NCBI GenBank assembly: GCA_019058445.1
Contig: JAHPZA010000006.1
Span: 1,024,001-1,088,000, forward strand
Direction of reading: 5' to 3'
DNA from: Promethearchaeota archaeon
Lineage (GTDB): Archaea; Asgardarchaeota; Lokiarchaeia; Sigyniarchaeales; SOKP01
DNA: 64,000 bases
Made by a program: the position numbers and the translations under genes. Below, piece by piece: positions 21,245-30,754 of this stretch. How positions within the stretch are numbered: position 1 is the stretch's first letter; the number at the start of each line of letters is the position of its first letter. The notes below the pieces were generated by a model. The model was given only the letters and a program-made list of their open reading frames with translations, was not told the origin of the DNA and did no database searches.

Positions 21245-21742
21245 ATGGATTTAAACTGGTCCGATATTAAATCAAAGACGATGTCTATTAATGATTATTT
21301 AAAGATTTTTAAAGAAAAGACCGAAATCATTAAAAATTATGAGAAATATAAACCAAAGACGAAACATCTAGAACATATTAAAGATTTTATAGCAAAAAAG
21401 CATATAAAATTGAAAATCTTGGCAATGGGAGCAGATTGGTGTCATGATTGTGCTGAACAAGTACCGAATATGATAAAAATAGTAAAAAAATTAGGAAATG
21501 AGCACATTAATATGTTTATTTTATACGGAATAAAAGTCAATGCCTTTCGAAAAAAAGGTGAAATCTTATGGGATAAGCGACATTCTCCTCCAGAAGCAGT
21601 AGATCCTAATTTTAGTTTAGACGCGATTCCCACGTTCTTCATTTTCAAAGAAAATGAACTAATTGGTCGTATTGTAGAGCATCCAAAAAAGTTTTCTACG
21701 CTTGAAAGAGATCTCTGTAATATTTTAAGGAAGTGCTTATAG
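21245..21742 (+). CDS. Thioredoxin family protein
   Basis: ADWCHDC active site, AIPTF cis-Pro loop, IGRIVEHP. Confidence 0.88.
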   Translation: MDLNWSDIKSKTMSINDYLKIFKEKTEIIKNYEKYKPKTKHLEHIKDFIAKKHIKLKILAMGADWCHDCAEQVPNMIKIVKKLGNEHINMFILYGIKVNAFRKKGEILWDKRHSPPEAVDPNFSLDAIPTFFIFKENELIGRIVEHPKKFSTLERDLCNILRKCL

Positions 21743-21945
21743 AAACTTTTTATAACCTTTTTTAAACTCATTCATAATCTACTTTCACTTAATCCATAAA
21801 TGTTTACCGATGTAACTCTCTATTTTTTTCTCTCATTAAAAGTTCTTGAAGCGAATGAGAGGATAGTTCAAATCTCAGTGAGGTTTTAATAGGCATTTTT
21901 AAAAATATAATTACTATTTGAAAGAAATTTTCTTGTTGGATTACT

Positions 21946-22110
21946 ATGGTAAGGTGTAATAAATGTAAGAAAGAAATTAAGAAAAACCAAATAAATAAGG
22001 TTTTTCAGTTAGTATTAGGGAATATGGATAACGGCAATTTTTATGGAAGTGAAATTCTCTTTTACCACGTTAAAGAATTAACTAACCCATATTCAATGAG
22101 GACGAAGTAA
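21946..22110 (+). CDS. Small hypothetical protein with CxxC...H (54 aa, not in ORF track)
   Basis: MVRCNKCKKEIKKNQINKVFQLVLGNMDNGNFYGSEILFYHVKELTNPYSMRTK*, followed by a T-tract. Confidence 0.55.
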   Translation: MVRCNKCKKEIKKNQINKVFQLVLGNMDNGNFYGSEILFYHVKELTNPYSMRTK

Positions 22111-22195
22111 ATTACCCATAACAAAATTTTTTTTTTGTTATCTTAATTTTTAAGAAAGCACTCTTTTTTCTAATGAATTATGTTAAGTATAAGAG

Positions 22196-22327
22196 CGCAA
22201 CGGGAGGGAATTTCGTATTCCAAGAAAATTGGAACAATACTTCGAACCCCCGAGTGCGAAGCACACCAGCTTTCTGGGAGAGAATTCCACTCCAAGCTGG
22301 CGCCGTACCAGGCTAGGCTACCGTTGC
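22196..22327 (-). tRNA. tRNA-Ser(GGA) with two introns (37/38, 18 nt, 22272-22289; 59/60, 31 nt, 22210-22240)
   Basis: Acceptor GCAACGG/CCGTTGC with G73; D-arm GCCTAGCCTGGTACGGC; anticodon stem CCAGC/GCTGG; anticodon at 22291-22293; long variable arm; BHB geometry at both introns. Confidence 0.9.
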
Positions 22328-22381
22328 TTAATAAATAAAAAAATAAAAATATTGTTAACTTATAGAAGTTGTTCTATAAAG

Positions 22382-22654
22382 TTATTTTAGAGGGATTGAA
22401 ACAGTTTGATTCATTATTTTAGCTTTTTTAGCTTTTTTAATGGCCGCTTCAACTGCGCTATGGTCAGCACCTTTTTGAATTTCTATTACGTCTGTCGTTG
22501 GTTCGATGTGTTTATAGTTAACTCTTCTTCGTCGAACAGTTAATCCATCGACAAGCAAATAATTTTTATCAATCACGTCAACAATGACGCAGTAGCTTCC
22601 TGCTTCGCGTCCCATGGTTTTTATACATATCCTTCCTATATCGTAAATACTCAT
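22382..22654 (-). CDS. rpl14e: 50S ribosomal protein L14e
   Basis: IGRICIKTMGREAG..CVIVDVIDKN..LVDG..VRRRRVN.KHIEPT. Confidence 0.97.
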   Translation of the reverse strand: MSIYDIGRICIKTMGREAGSYCVIVDVIDKNYLLVDGLTVRRRRVNYKHIEPTTDVIEIQKGADHSAVEAAIKKAKKAKIMNQTVSIPLK

Positions 22655-22783
22655 AATTTGTCACCAAATTATTTTTAGTGAATTTATCCTTGCTGAATTT
22701 TTTAAAGAGTCCAGTAAAGATAAATGAAATATGTTAGATTAAAGAAATTAAACTAAAAATAAATTTTTTGTGATTTTCACAAA

Positions 22784-23332
22784 TTAGCTTTTTTTCAAAT
22801 TTTTATCTTTGATGATTTGAAGGAGATTTTGTAAAACTTGTTCAATAGTAAGTCCTTCAGTGCCTAGAATGATATCATGAATTTCTTTAATATTTGTAAA
22901 ATTACTTAAATCAATATTATAGAGAAGTTTAAATCGTTCTAGCTCAGATGTTTCCCTTAAAATGGTTTCTTTCATGCTTTCTTCAAATGGTCTCTCATCC
23001 CTTGAAGCGATTCTTTTCACTCGGGTTTCAAGTGGGCATGTAAGGTGTATTCTAAGATCTGCGATACCCTTAAGTAAATGTCCGCTCAATTGACTATCAA
23101 TAATTACATTTCCTTCTTTTGCAACTTCTACCACTTTATCATCTAAGGCGTTATCAATTTCAGGGTGATCTTCAACGTATTTAGTAAACTCTTCTAAGGT
23201 CATATCCATTTCGATTGCCAGATCTCGAAAAGCTTGGCCAGTTGAGTAGTATTTAATCCCAAGGGCTTCAGCAATTAATTTAGCTATAGTGGATTTACCA
23301 GTACCATGTAGACCAGAAATGCTTAAAATCAT
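22784..23332 (-). CDS. cmk: Cytidylate kinase (archaeal type)
   Basis: ISGLHGTGKST P-loop, STGQAFR; lies between L34e and L14e. Confidence 0.93.
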   Translation of the reverse strand: MILSISGLHGTGKSTIAKLIAEALGIKYYSTGQAFRDLAIEMDMTLEEFTKYVEDHPEIDNALDDKVVEVAKEGNVIIDSQLSGHLLKGIADLRIHLTCPLETRVKRIASRDERPFEESMKETILRETSELERFKLLYNIDLSNFTNIKEIHDIILGTEGLTIEQVLQNLLQIIKDKNLKKS

Positions 23333-23444
23333 AGGTTTAATTAATCCTTTATTGATTAAAATTATGATGATAAATATTAAATAAAAACATATAGAATCTA
23401 GTAAAATGTAATGAATTAACAGTGATATAACAAGTTTTAAAATC

Positions 23445-23714
23445 TTATTGATTCCAAATCGATTCTCTTATTAAGTTTCTAAGGCATATCGCACAATAAC
23501 GTCCACTTTCTAATCTGTTAGGTCTTCGAGACGCCTTGTTAGTGTTCCTTATTTTAGCAGGTCTAAGTCTTGGGATTGAAGAAATGGGTTTTTTACATAT
23601 AGCACAATGGCTTTTTTTAGGTTTTCTTCTGGAATAATGTGTATTATTGATATTCCCTGGCGTTCTTATTGTTTTTCGTGCTTGAGAATGGGATCTTAAA
23701 CCTGGTCGCGGCAT
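23445..23714 (-). CDS. rpl34e: 50S ribosomal protein L34e
   Basis: MPRPGLRS, RTPG, CAICK...RRPNR...CAIC. Confidence 0.96.
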   Translation of the reverse strand: MPRPGLRSHSQARKTIRTPGNINNTHYSRRKPKKSHCAICKKPISSIPRLRPAKIRNTNKASRRPNRLESGRYCAICLRNLIRESIWNQ

Positions 23715-23815
23715 AAAAATTTATACTCCATGAGGTAAACTTAATTTTAATAGAATTGTTTGCTAAAGTAATATTTCTTAAAAGAATAAACAAAATATTA
23801 ATTTTATGATTTTAC

Positions 23816-24457
23816 CTACGGATTTAGATTTAACTTGCGTTGAAATTCTTTGAAGATGTGATATAGTTTATCTCCTATAATCTCTCTAAATTTTTTATTT
23901 TTGATAAGATTTTGGGGATTTTTAATGACATGATCATAAATTTCATTAATTTCAAATCGGATCGTATCTAAACCCGGAAATCTCTTTATATTACCTTTTA
24001 ATTCTTTAAACAGTTTTAAAATTAAGTCCCTACTAGTAAGCCCTTCCAATTTTAGGGCATCCATTAAAGTAATAAAAGAAGTGGTTATTTCTGAAGTGAT
24101 TCCGGGTAATTCTAATATTGAATCCCTCAGATGATTATTAAAATGAGAGATTTTTTCACTCCCAATCTCAAGAATCTCTTCTGAAGAACTAAAATCATAG
24201 ATTTCATTAAATATTTTAACTGCTCTGTTATATTGCTCTATAAAGTTCATATAGATTAATACTTCAGAGAGGGAGATCTTTTTTTCATTAAAATATAACT
24301 TGATTTTTAAGAGCCCTTTCATTGCGTTTTTGATGGCTTTTCTAAAGAAATTCTCATTTATAATACCTTCTAGATATTTTTCATAGAGGTTATTTATTGA
24401 AGTGACTAATGCATATAATTCAGATTCTATATCAGAAAGTTTCGTATTATTGTCCAT
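23816..24457 (-). CDS. vps28: Vps28-like ESCRT-I subunit (eukaryotic signature protein)
   Basis: N-terminal SELYALVTSINNLYEKYLEG resembles Vps28 AELYAII..LE.LEKAY; C-terminal EITTSFITLMDALKL resembles Vps28 FIT.MD.L.L; 213 aa. Confidence 0.8.
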   Translation of the reverse strand: MDNNTKLSDIESELYALVTSINNLYEKYLEGIINENFFRKAIKNAMKGLLKIKLYFNEKKISLSEVLIYMNFIEQYNRAVKIFNEIYDFSSSEEILEIGSEKISHFNNHLRDSILELPGITSEITTSFITLMDALKLEGLTSRDLILKLFKELKGNIKRFPGLDTIRFEINEIYDHVIKNPQNLIKNKKFREIIGDKLYHIFKEFQRKLNLNP

Positions 24458-24526
24458 TAATATAAGTAGTATTTTGAGATTAAAATAACAAAATATTATT
24501 TGAATATTAAGATGAAAAAGGCAAGT

Positions 24527-25480
24527 TTATATTCCAAACAAAGTAGGCCGTAAAAAGTAGAAAAATATAGAAACAATGATTCCAATCGCTAAGGACGATA
24601 CTAATACTCGAGTTGTAGATGAGTTGCTGAGTTCTCTAATACCTATTGTCATTAAAATAGGCACCCATACTGCAATTGTAATTGCATCTATCACATCTAA
24701 CACCGCCCACACAGGGGAACTGAACATCGCATTGAAAATCGAGTCATCAAACTCAGAACTATCGATATCTACCTCTACCGTAGGAAATGCGACTAGAATT
24801 ATTAGGATTTTTATAAGATTTACTAATAAGAATGGCGCAAAAGCACACATGAGCATTTTATATTTATATGCCGCTTGTTTTTGTAATAACGTGCCACTTT
24901 TATAGATACTAAATGGACTCATATCTGATTCTTTGTATTTCTCTTTTTTCTCTTTTCCAAATCGATCTTCTAATTTTTCTGAAAACCCGACAGCATAATT
25001 AGCTGCGAAAGTAAATAGCCAGATTAGAATGATATAAAAAACTGCTTGAAATAGAAAACCAAATATTAAGAAAGTTAAAAAAGTGGCAAAACCATAAGGA
25101 AATAATAAAGGTGAATAGGGATTAATGGGGTCTCCATCAATAGAAACGAATCTAAAATGAGAGAGGAAAGCCAATCCCATAAGTCCCCAAAGGATAGAGT
25201 TGAAAAGTAATATATAATAGCCTGGAGCTCGAGACCTCTTATGATTAATATCCCAGAAGGCTCGAGATGGATCTATGAAAAGGTATATGATATTTAAATA
25301 CCATGGATTGGGACTGACCCATTCGCTTTCAATTCTTTGGAAAATCTTTTGAAAATATGGAAGATTTTCGATTTTTTCAATTCTTAATCTTTTTCCACAG
25401 AAGGAACATGAAAATGCTTCAGCTCTATTTTCATTACCGCATCGAGGACATTTTATTAAGCTTTCAGCCATTTTTATCAA
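24527..25480 (-). CDS. Zinc-ribbon plus Yip1-domain membrane protein
   Basis: N-terminal CPRCG..N...CSFCG; FIDPSRAFWDI then about 5 TM helices ending IGIRELSNSSTTR (Yip1 pattern); likely start ATG 25471. Confidence 0.75.
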   Translation of the reverse strand: MIKMAESLIKCPRCGNENRAEAFSCSFCGKRLRIEKIENLPYFQKIFQRIESEWVSPNPWYLNIIYLFIDPSRAFWDINHKRSRAPGYYILLFNSILWGLMGLAFLSHFRFVSIDGDPINPYSPLLFPYGFATFLTFLIFGFLFQAVFYIILIWLFTFAANYAVGFSEKLEDRFGKEKKEKYKESDMSPFSIYKSGTLLQKQAAYKYKMLMCAFAPFLLVNLIKILIILVAFPTVEVDIDSSEFDDSIFNAMFSSPVWAVLDVIDAITIAVWVPILMTIGIRELSNSSTTRVLVSSLAIGIIVSIFFYFLRPTLFGI

Positions 25481-25599
25481 TCCTATTTAAATCCAATAAC
25501 TAGTTTTCTAGTTTTTTAGTAATAATAACATAACACAGAATTTATTTAAAAATTGGTATTAGTTTTCAATTTTTAACATAATAATAATTCAAGATAAAC

Positions 25600-26667
25600 T
25601 TAAAAATATTCTATTATAAAGCCATTTTTTTCTTTTACAATTCTATATTCTCGATTGGCAAATAATTGAATTAATTCTAAATTAGTTCTTGTATGGCTAG
25701 TAATTTCTAGTACCTTTATACTTGAAGGCGCTCCGATATAGGCCATTAACGGGATTAGTTGATCACTGAGATAATTATCGACAGGAATATTGTGTTGAAT
25801 ATATTTTACAATTTCATTTGCAGCCATACCACCGAGTTTTTCTGAAGTTAATCCTTTTTCACCTAATAGAGTTCCTGTAGAGATTATGGCCCCTGTATCA
25901 GATTCTGACCACAAGGAGAGCCCAATTCCAGGACTTGTTGAATTTACCCAGGAATATTTGATGTCTGTATCAATCCTTAATTTTCTTTTAAGTGATTGAT
26001 TTATTGCTTTTCTAATCCTTACAGCAATATTATCTCTGTTACGCCTTAATTGGTTGGTAATTATTATTTCACCTCGGATAAGATCTACATCCCCTAATTC
26101 AGTTAAATTCAAAGCTTTTAATTTTATATTTGGAGGTTTTATCCTACATTTAACTCGAGCTCCGCCTTTCGGATACCACCCGTGTTTTTGAATATCGATA
26201 TCAATCATAAGCCCAGCTTTAGCAAAAATGGGATAAGTGACTTTTTGAAGATAATTCAAACTAGGTGCCCATTTTCCAAAAGTTCCACCTCCACTAAGAG
26301 ATATTTCAATTTGCCCAGTCTCTCTTAAACATAAGCTTGCTATTTGGATGGGTTGAAGTAGCAAACCTATACTGGCAGCTGTGCTAATATTTAAATGAAT
26401 ATCTCTCTTCGCATTTTTTTTAGGAATAAATGACAATTCGGTAGTGCCTACTTTACAATTACTTAGAGTACTATTGGTTAATTCTGATAACGTTTCTAGT
26501 CCCAGGAGATGCTGTAATCGTAATCCTGGTTTAGGACGATTCGCGCGTATATTCTTGATTTTGATGGGGATATTGAATAAAATAGAACATCCTGCAGATA
26601 ATCGCAATATGGCTCCCCCTCCCTCACCAAAAGCACCATCAATTTCTAAAAATGTCGTATCATTCAT
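25600..26667 (-). CDS. rtcA: RNA 3'-terminal phosphate cyclase
   Basis: IDGAFGEGGGAILR, IRANRPKPGLRLQH, GWYPKGG, DQLIP, catalytic His in TSHTRTN. Confidence 0.95.
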   Translation of the reverse strand: MNDTTFLEIDGAFGEGGGAILRLSAGCSILFNIPIKIKNIRANRPKPGLRLQHLLGLETLSELTNSTLSNCKVGTTELSFIPKKNAKRDIHLNISTAASIGLLLQPIQIASLCLRETGQIEISLSGGGTFGKWAPSLNYLQKVTYPIFAKAGLMIDIDIQKHGWYPKGGARVKCRIKPPNIKLKALNLTELGDVDLIRGEIIITNQLRRNRDNIAVRIRKAINQSLKRKLRIDTDIKYSWVNSTSPGIGLSLWSESDTGAIISTGTLLGEKGLTSEKLGGMAANEIVKYIQHNIPVDNYLSDQLIPLMAYIGAPSSIKVLEITSHTRTNLELIQLFANREYRIVKEKNGFIIEYF

Positions 26668-27809
26668 GCCTCTTCCCGGATTTCATATAACGTTTGTATT
26701 CTTTCAATGCCCTTAAATTTTATCATCAAATTAGCGACTTCTTTTGGAACTAAACTGGTCCAATTTTTCTTTTCTTTACTAATTAGTTTTCTTACATTAC
26801 TGGCATTATATTTCTTTTTAAATATTCCCAATTTTTTGCCAACTAAATAACCTTTATTTTGAAATAATTGTCGTACCCAATCGCTATTTGAATAAATCAC
26901 ATCAAAATCTCCTACTATCGAAACCACATGATCTACCCATTTTTGAGCATTAAATATATCAGGAATTTCATAGATTTTATATCTATTTTTAGAAATTTTT
27001 CTTTTTTCAAAAGCACTGGTAATGAATTTGATTCGTTCTTCGCTGGTGAAAGGATCATTTTTGGTTTTTGATAACTGTGAACTACCTATTCCTATCTTCA
27101 GTTTTTTATGCGATTCTAAAATCCTATATATTACATAGATATGTCCGTGGTGTAAGGGCTGAAATCGCCCTATAAATAAGGCAATATCTTGAGAACCATT
27201 CATTTTTAAATTTTGATTATTTTTAAAAAGAGAAATAATGTCTTTTTGTATTAAATAATTCCAGATCTCTTTTGAATAATCTACAGAATTTTTATTACTA
27301 AGTATGTTTTTAAGCTCTTTCTTGGAATAAAATCTACTTCCATTAACTTCCAACTCTTTAGAATCAGGATTCAATTTCACACCATAATCAACAAGTCCCA
27401 AAAAAATATAAGCTATCTCCGTAGTAAGATTATCTTGTTCTGTACTTAATTTATGAAAAATGATATTTTTTATGCTATTTGGGGTGATGCCAAATTCCTC
27501 TTCGAGCTCCCTAATTGCATTTTCTTTTATATCATTAAGTTCCAAATTTGGACTGTAAATTACATGTCCTGAGGCAGAATCCGTAAAATATTCGGGATAA
27601 CTCTTTTTGTTTTTTCCCCTTTTTTGGACGAGATACATGATTTCATTGTCCGGTGTAATTGCCATTATAAAGAAACGTATTATCAAATGACTTATTTGCC
27701 TTTTATGTGCTTCAGATCTTTCTAATGGAAAAATATATTTCGATATCTGCCCTGAATGTAAATATTTAATATTATTATCCTCAATGCAGGCTAAAATCTC
27801 TTTTTCCAT
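26664..27809 (-). CDS. Nudix (IDI-like) plus nicotinamide-nucleotide adenylyltransferase fusion
   Basis: N-terminal QKRG..K..YP...SASGH...AIRELEEEFGI; C-terminal FIGRFQPLHHGH, NDPFT..ER, NASNVR. Confidence 0.88.
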   Translation of the reverse strand: MEKEILACIEDNNIKYLHSGQISKYIFPLERSEAHKRQISHLIIRFFIMAITPDNEIMYLVQKRGKNKKSYPEYFTDSASGHVIYSPNLELNDIKENAIRELEEEFGITPNSIKNIIFHKLSTEQDNLTTEIAYIFLGLVDYGVKLNPDSKELEVNGSRFYSKKELKNILSNKNSVDYSKEIWNYLIQKDIISLFKNNQNLKMNGSQDIALFIGRFQPLHHGHIYVIYRILESHKKLKIGIGSSQLSKTKNDPFTSEERIKFITSAFEKRKISKNRYKIYEIPDIFNAQKWVDHVVSIVGDFDVIYSNSDWVRQLFQNKGYLVGKKLGIFKKKYNASNVRKLISKEKKNWTSLVPKEVANLMIKFKGIERIQTLYEIREEA

Positions 27810-27834
27810 TTTTTATTCCTCTATCCTTTAAACC

Positions 27835-28689
27835 TTACTTTTCTAAAATTATAGTAATGAGATCTCCTAATTTAAAACCTATTTGCTCTGCTGCATTTCC
27901 TTGATTAATAGCAATTTCGAGATACCCACTCGATCCTTTCATAAATAAAAATGACCCCTTGGGCACTTTAGTGAAGTGAGAAGAATAGGTCCCTTCATAC
28001 TCTTGATTATTAAGTGTCATTTTAAGGGTATCTCCTTGCTTGATTTTGAGGGATGTTCCAGTAATAGTCTCATTTTCCAGAGGAATATTCGTAGTCCCAT
28101 TCCCAAAAGAATCTATATACTGTATAGTACAATTAATTAGCTTTTTATCTTCTAAAACCTCAAATAAAATGGTATAGTCTATAAAATTATCTGGATCGAA
28201 TGGTTCTCCAAAATTTCTCAAAGGAACGCCATTTACAATATGAGCTCCTACAGGTGCCATTATATCCCTTCCATGAAACGTATTGGAAACCGGCTTAATA
28301 AAGTAATTCTCATTAGTAACTATTACACATTCTTTAATATCAGTTTTGTTAAATAAATTAAAAAAGATTCCATTGTTGGGACCCACAAAGAAAAAATTTG
28401 ATGCAGTTTCAAAAGCTAAAATCTCTCTTGAACTTCCAACTCCGGGATCTACAACTATAATAAACACAGTATATTCTGGAAAATATTTATACGTTGCCTT
28501 TATTAAATATGACGCTTCTAAAATGGAATAGGAAGAGATATTATGGGAGATATCAATTATTTTAATATTGGGATTGATTTTCAGTATAACTCCTTTCATA
28601 CTCGCAATATAATGCTGACCTAAGGGACCAAAATCTGTTAAAAGAGCAACAACATCTTGATATAATTCAGTCACGATCTCATCAAACAC
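27835..28689 (-). CDS. SAM hydroxide adenosyltransferase / chlorinase-fluorinase family (DUF62)
   Basis: LLTDFG, DISH, VVDPGVGS.R, GPNNG, STFHGRDIMAP-like, YIDSFGN, LEIAINQG motifs. Confidence 0.93.
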   Translation of the reverse strand: MFDEIVTELYQDVVALLTDFGPLGQHYIASMKGVILKINPNIKIIDISHNISSYSILEASYLIKATYKYFPEYTVFIIVVDPGVGSSREILAFETASNFFFVGPNNGIFFNLFNKTDIKECVIVTNENYFIKPVSNTFHGRDIMAPVGAHIVNGVPLRNFGEPFDPDNFIDYTILFEVLEDKKLINCTIQYIDSFGNGTTNIPLENETITGTSLKIKQGDTLKMTLNNQEYEGTYSSHFTKVPKGSFLFMKGSSGYLEIAINQGNAAEQIGFKLGDLITIILEK

Positions 28690-28731
28690 AATTAATTAAA
28701 TTTAGAAATAAAAAAGTGATAGGTTAGAAAT

Positions 28732-29631
28732 TTACTTTTTTGTTTTCATTCGTTCTTCAAATAAATATATGTCTTGGAGAGCTTTGGATTTTAAGCTATA
28801 TTCCTCCTCTTTCTCAGGTTGCATCAATTCCTTTGAGAGTTCTGCTGCTCGAAGATAAAATATATATGCAGAATGAAAATTCTCATTTCTGAGTGCGCTT
28901 CTTGCTTCTTTTACTATATTGTCTCGTTTTTTCGTTAAATCTGGAATATTAAAAGATAATTTGGCCCTCTCATTTAATGATTTCGCAAGTTCTTTTTCTA
29001 AAAGTTCTTCCGCAGCTTCTGCTGCTTTTTTATACTGTTTTGAAGCTTTTTCATAATCCAAGTCCTTTAAAGCATCTTCCGCAGATTGATAATAATAAGT
29101 AATTTTCGTATGGTCATTATTTTCAATTTTCTCTAATAATTCTTGAGCAATTCTTCTTTCTTTTTTACCTCCGCTTAGCATTTCTTTAGTTCGGTTAATT
29201 ATACTTTCTTTTAGGGCTTCAGGGTCTAGAATATCTGTCAATGTTTCCAAAAACTCATGGTAAATTTCCTTTAATTTGGGTTGAAATTCTTCTTTAGTCA
29301 TATCAAGCAGGTTAATCTGTTCTAAAGCTACCGCAGTATTCTTTAAAGGTGTTCTTAGTTTTTCGGGATCATCACTTTCACTTAATAATATACCAACTAT
29401 AAGTCCAAGAGCTTTTCGACTTAATTTTCCTTTGAATTTATGAATATATGAAACTAAATGATGATCTTTTAATTTTAATATCGTATATTCATTTTTTGAA
29501 TGGTCTAAATTTAGTCTCAAGTATAAATCGCTTGTAATGTTAAAGTCTGATGTACTTTCCTTAAAGTAATAACCTAACACATTATATTCAGATTCACTAT
29601 TGAGTAATATTACAAAACATCCAACTGGCAT
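28732..29631 (-). CDS. Hypothetical protein, possibly an N-terminal longin/uDENN-like domain with C-terminal TPR/MIT-like helices
   Basis: Beta/alpha N-terminal pattern (GCFVILL..VLGYY..LYLRL..LVSY..LIVGILL..DPEKLR) followed by A..A....YEKA...Y..AAE helical repeats; fold is inference. Confidence 0.6.
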   Translation of the reverse strand: MPVGCFVILLNSESEYNVLGYYFKESTSDFNITSDLYLRLNLDHSKNEYTILKLKDHHLVSYIHKFKGKLSRKALGLIVGILLSESDDPEKLRTPLKNTAVALEQINLLDMTKEEFQPKLKEIYHEFLETLTDILDPEALKESIINRTKEMLSGGKKERRIAQELLEKIENNDHTKITYYYQSAEDALKDLDYEKASKQYKKAAEAAEELLEKELAKSLNERAKLSFNIPDLTKKRDNIVKEARSALRNENFHSAYIFYLRAAELSKELMQPEKEEEYSLKSKALQDIYLFEERMKTKK

Positions 29632-29699
29632 TTAAAATATCACCTTGAATAGTAATACGATCTACAAATATATTAAGAGTTAAAAAGAAAATATTAATG

Positions 29700-30119
29700 T
29701 TATTTTCTACTTAATAAAATACGATTAGTTTCCTCTCTTATAGAACGGATAATAGAAAGTAATTGAGCATAATATAGATTGTTAGCAACTGATTTTTCTC
29801 CTTCTCGAATTTTATCAATTGCTTCCTTTTCTTGCTTTAAAATTGCCTCGACCGATTTTTTAGTCCAGAGTTCTTCGATTTTTTCACCCACTTCTTTCGA
29901 AAGCTCATTTATCGATTTGGATGATTGCACTCTAAATTGTTTTAGGATTTCCACTATGAGTCGTATGTTCTCCGTTAAGCTTACTATTTCTTCGCTAAAT
30001 CTTAGGCTCATCGAGTTAATGGAGGTATTCATGTTCTGTAGCTGTGCAATAGTTCCATCTAAAGATTGAGTAATTGCGTTTATCTTCTGTATCATCTCTT
30101 CCAATAACACCTCGGCCAT
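29700..30119 (-). CDS. Hypothetical coiled-coil protein
   Basis: Heptad-rich helical ORF, SD GGAGGTGA upstream, tightly coupled to the upstream gene. Confidence 0.75.
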   Translation of the reverse strand: MAEVLLEEMIQKINAITQSLDGTIAQLQNMNTSINSMSLRFSEEIVSLTENIRLIVEILKQFRVQSSKSINELSKEVGEKIEELWTKKSVEAILKQEKEAIDKIREGEKSVANNLYYAQLLSIIRSIREETNRILLSRK

Positions 30120-30121
30120 TT

Positions 30122-30562
30122 TCAGCCACTCACCTCCTCCTTTTCTTCGGTCTCTACTTGAGTAAGAGACTCTTTCATCTGTTTTACAGAGTCAATAGCC
30201 TCAGAGAGTAATAAATTTACAGTGTCTTGATTTAATACCTCCTGTGCTAATTTTTCAAAATTTTGGAGATTTTTTAGTATATTTTCAAAAGAATCAAGAG
30301 CAAGTCCTTTCTTGACCTTTTCCAACTCGTGAGTAACCCCTTCTCCTATTTCCTTGATCGCATCAATATGAATTGTTTGAGTCACATTTATCTCATTTGA
30401 AAAATCTGATATTCTTTCATTCAAATTAGATATTTTAGTCTCTATATTCTGATTTAATTCATCTAAGGAGGTTTTTAAAGCCTGAATGGCTTGTCCTAAT
30501 TGTGCGATTCGCTGATAAATAGATTGAAGCAAGTCTTGAAGCATTTCAGCCGTTGTAAACAC
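30122..30562 (-). CDS. Hypothetical coiled-coil protein (possible ACG start at 30553)
   Basis: Heptad-rich helical ORF similar in size and N-terminus to its downstream neighbour. Confidence 0.75.
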   Translation of the reverse strand: MFTTAEMLQDLLQSIYQRIAQLGQAIQALKTSLDELNQNIETKISNLNERISDFSNEINVTQTIHIDAIKEIGEGVTHELEKVKKGLALDSFENILKNLQNFEKLAQEVLNQDTVNLLLSEAIDSVKQMKESLTQVETEEKEEVSG

Positions 30563-30754
30563 CTTTTTTTATTCTATTTAGAGATAATTTTAAGCTATAG
30601 TATTAATCTAATTTAAAACACTAATGTTTTTATTAAATTTAAATGTATCTTGACTCTAAATATAAAAAAATTTTTATTTTTTTTATCCTTTTGAGTTTTA
30701 AAGATATAATTAATTATATCATTTATTGAATATAATTAAGCTTACAATAGATTA

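Noticed and set aside
22272-22293. Alternative Leu(CAG) reading of the tRNA at 22196-22327
   Set aside because: G73 discriminator, Ser-type D-loop and canonical 37/38 BHB geometry favour Ser(GGA); CCAG is the intron strand of the BHB helix
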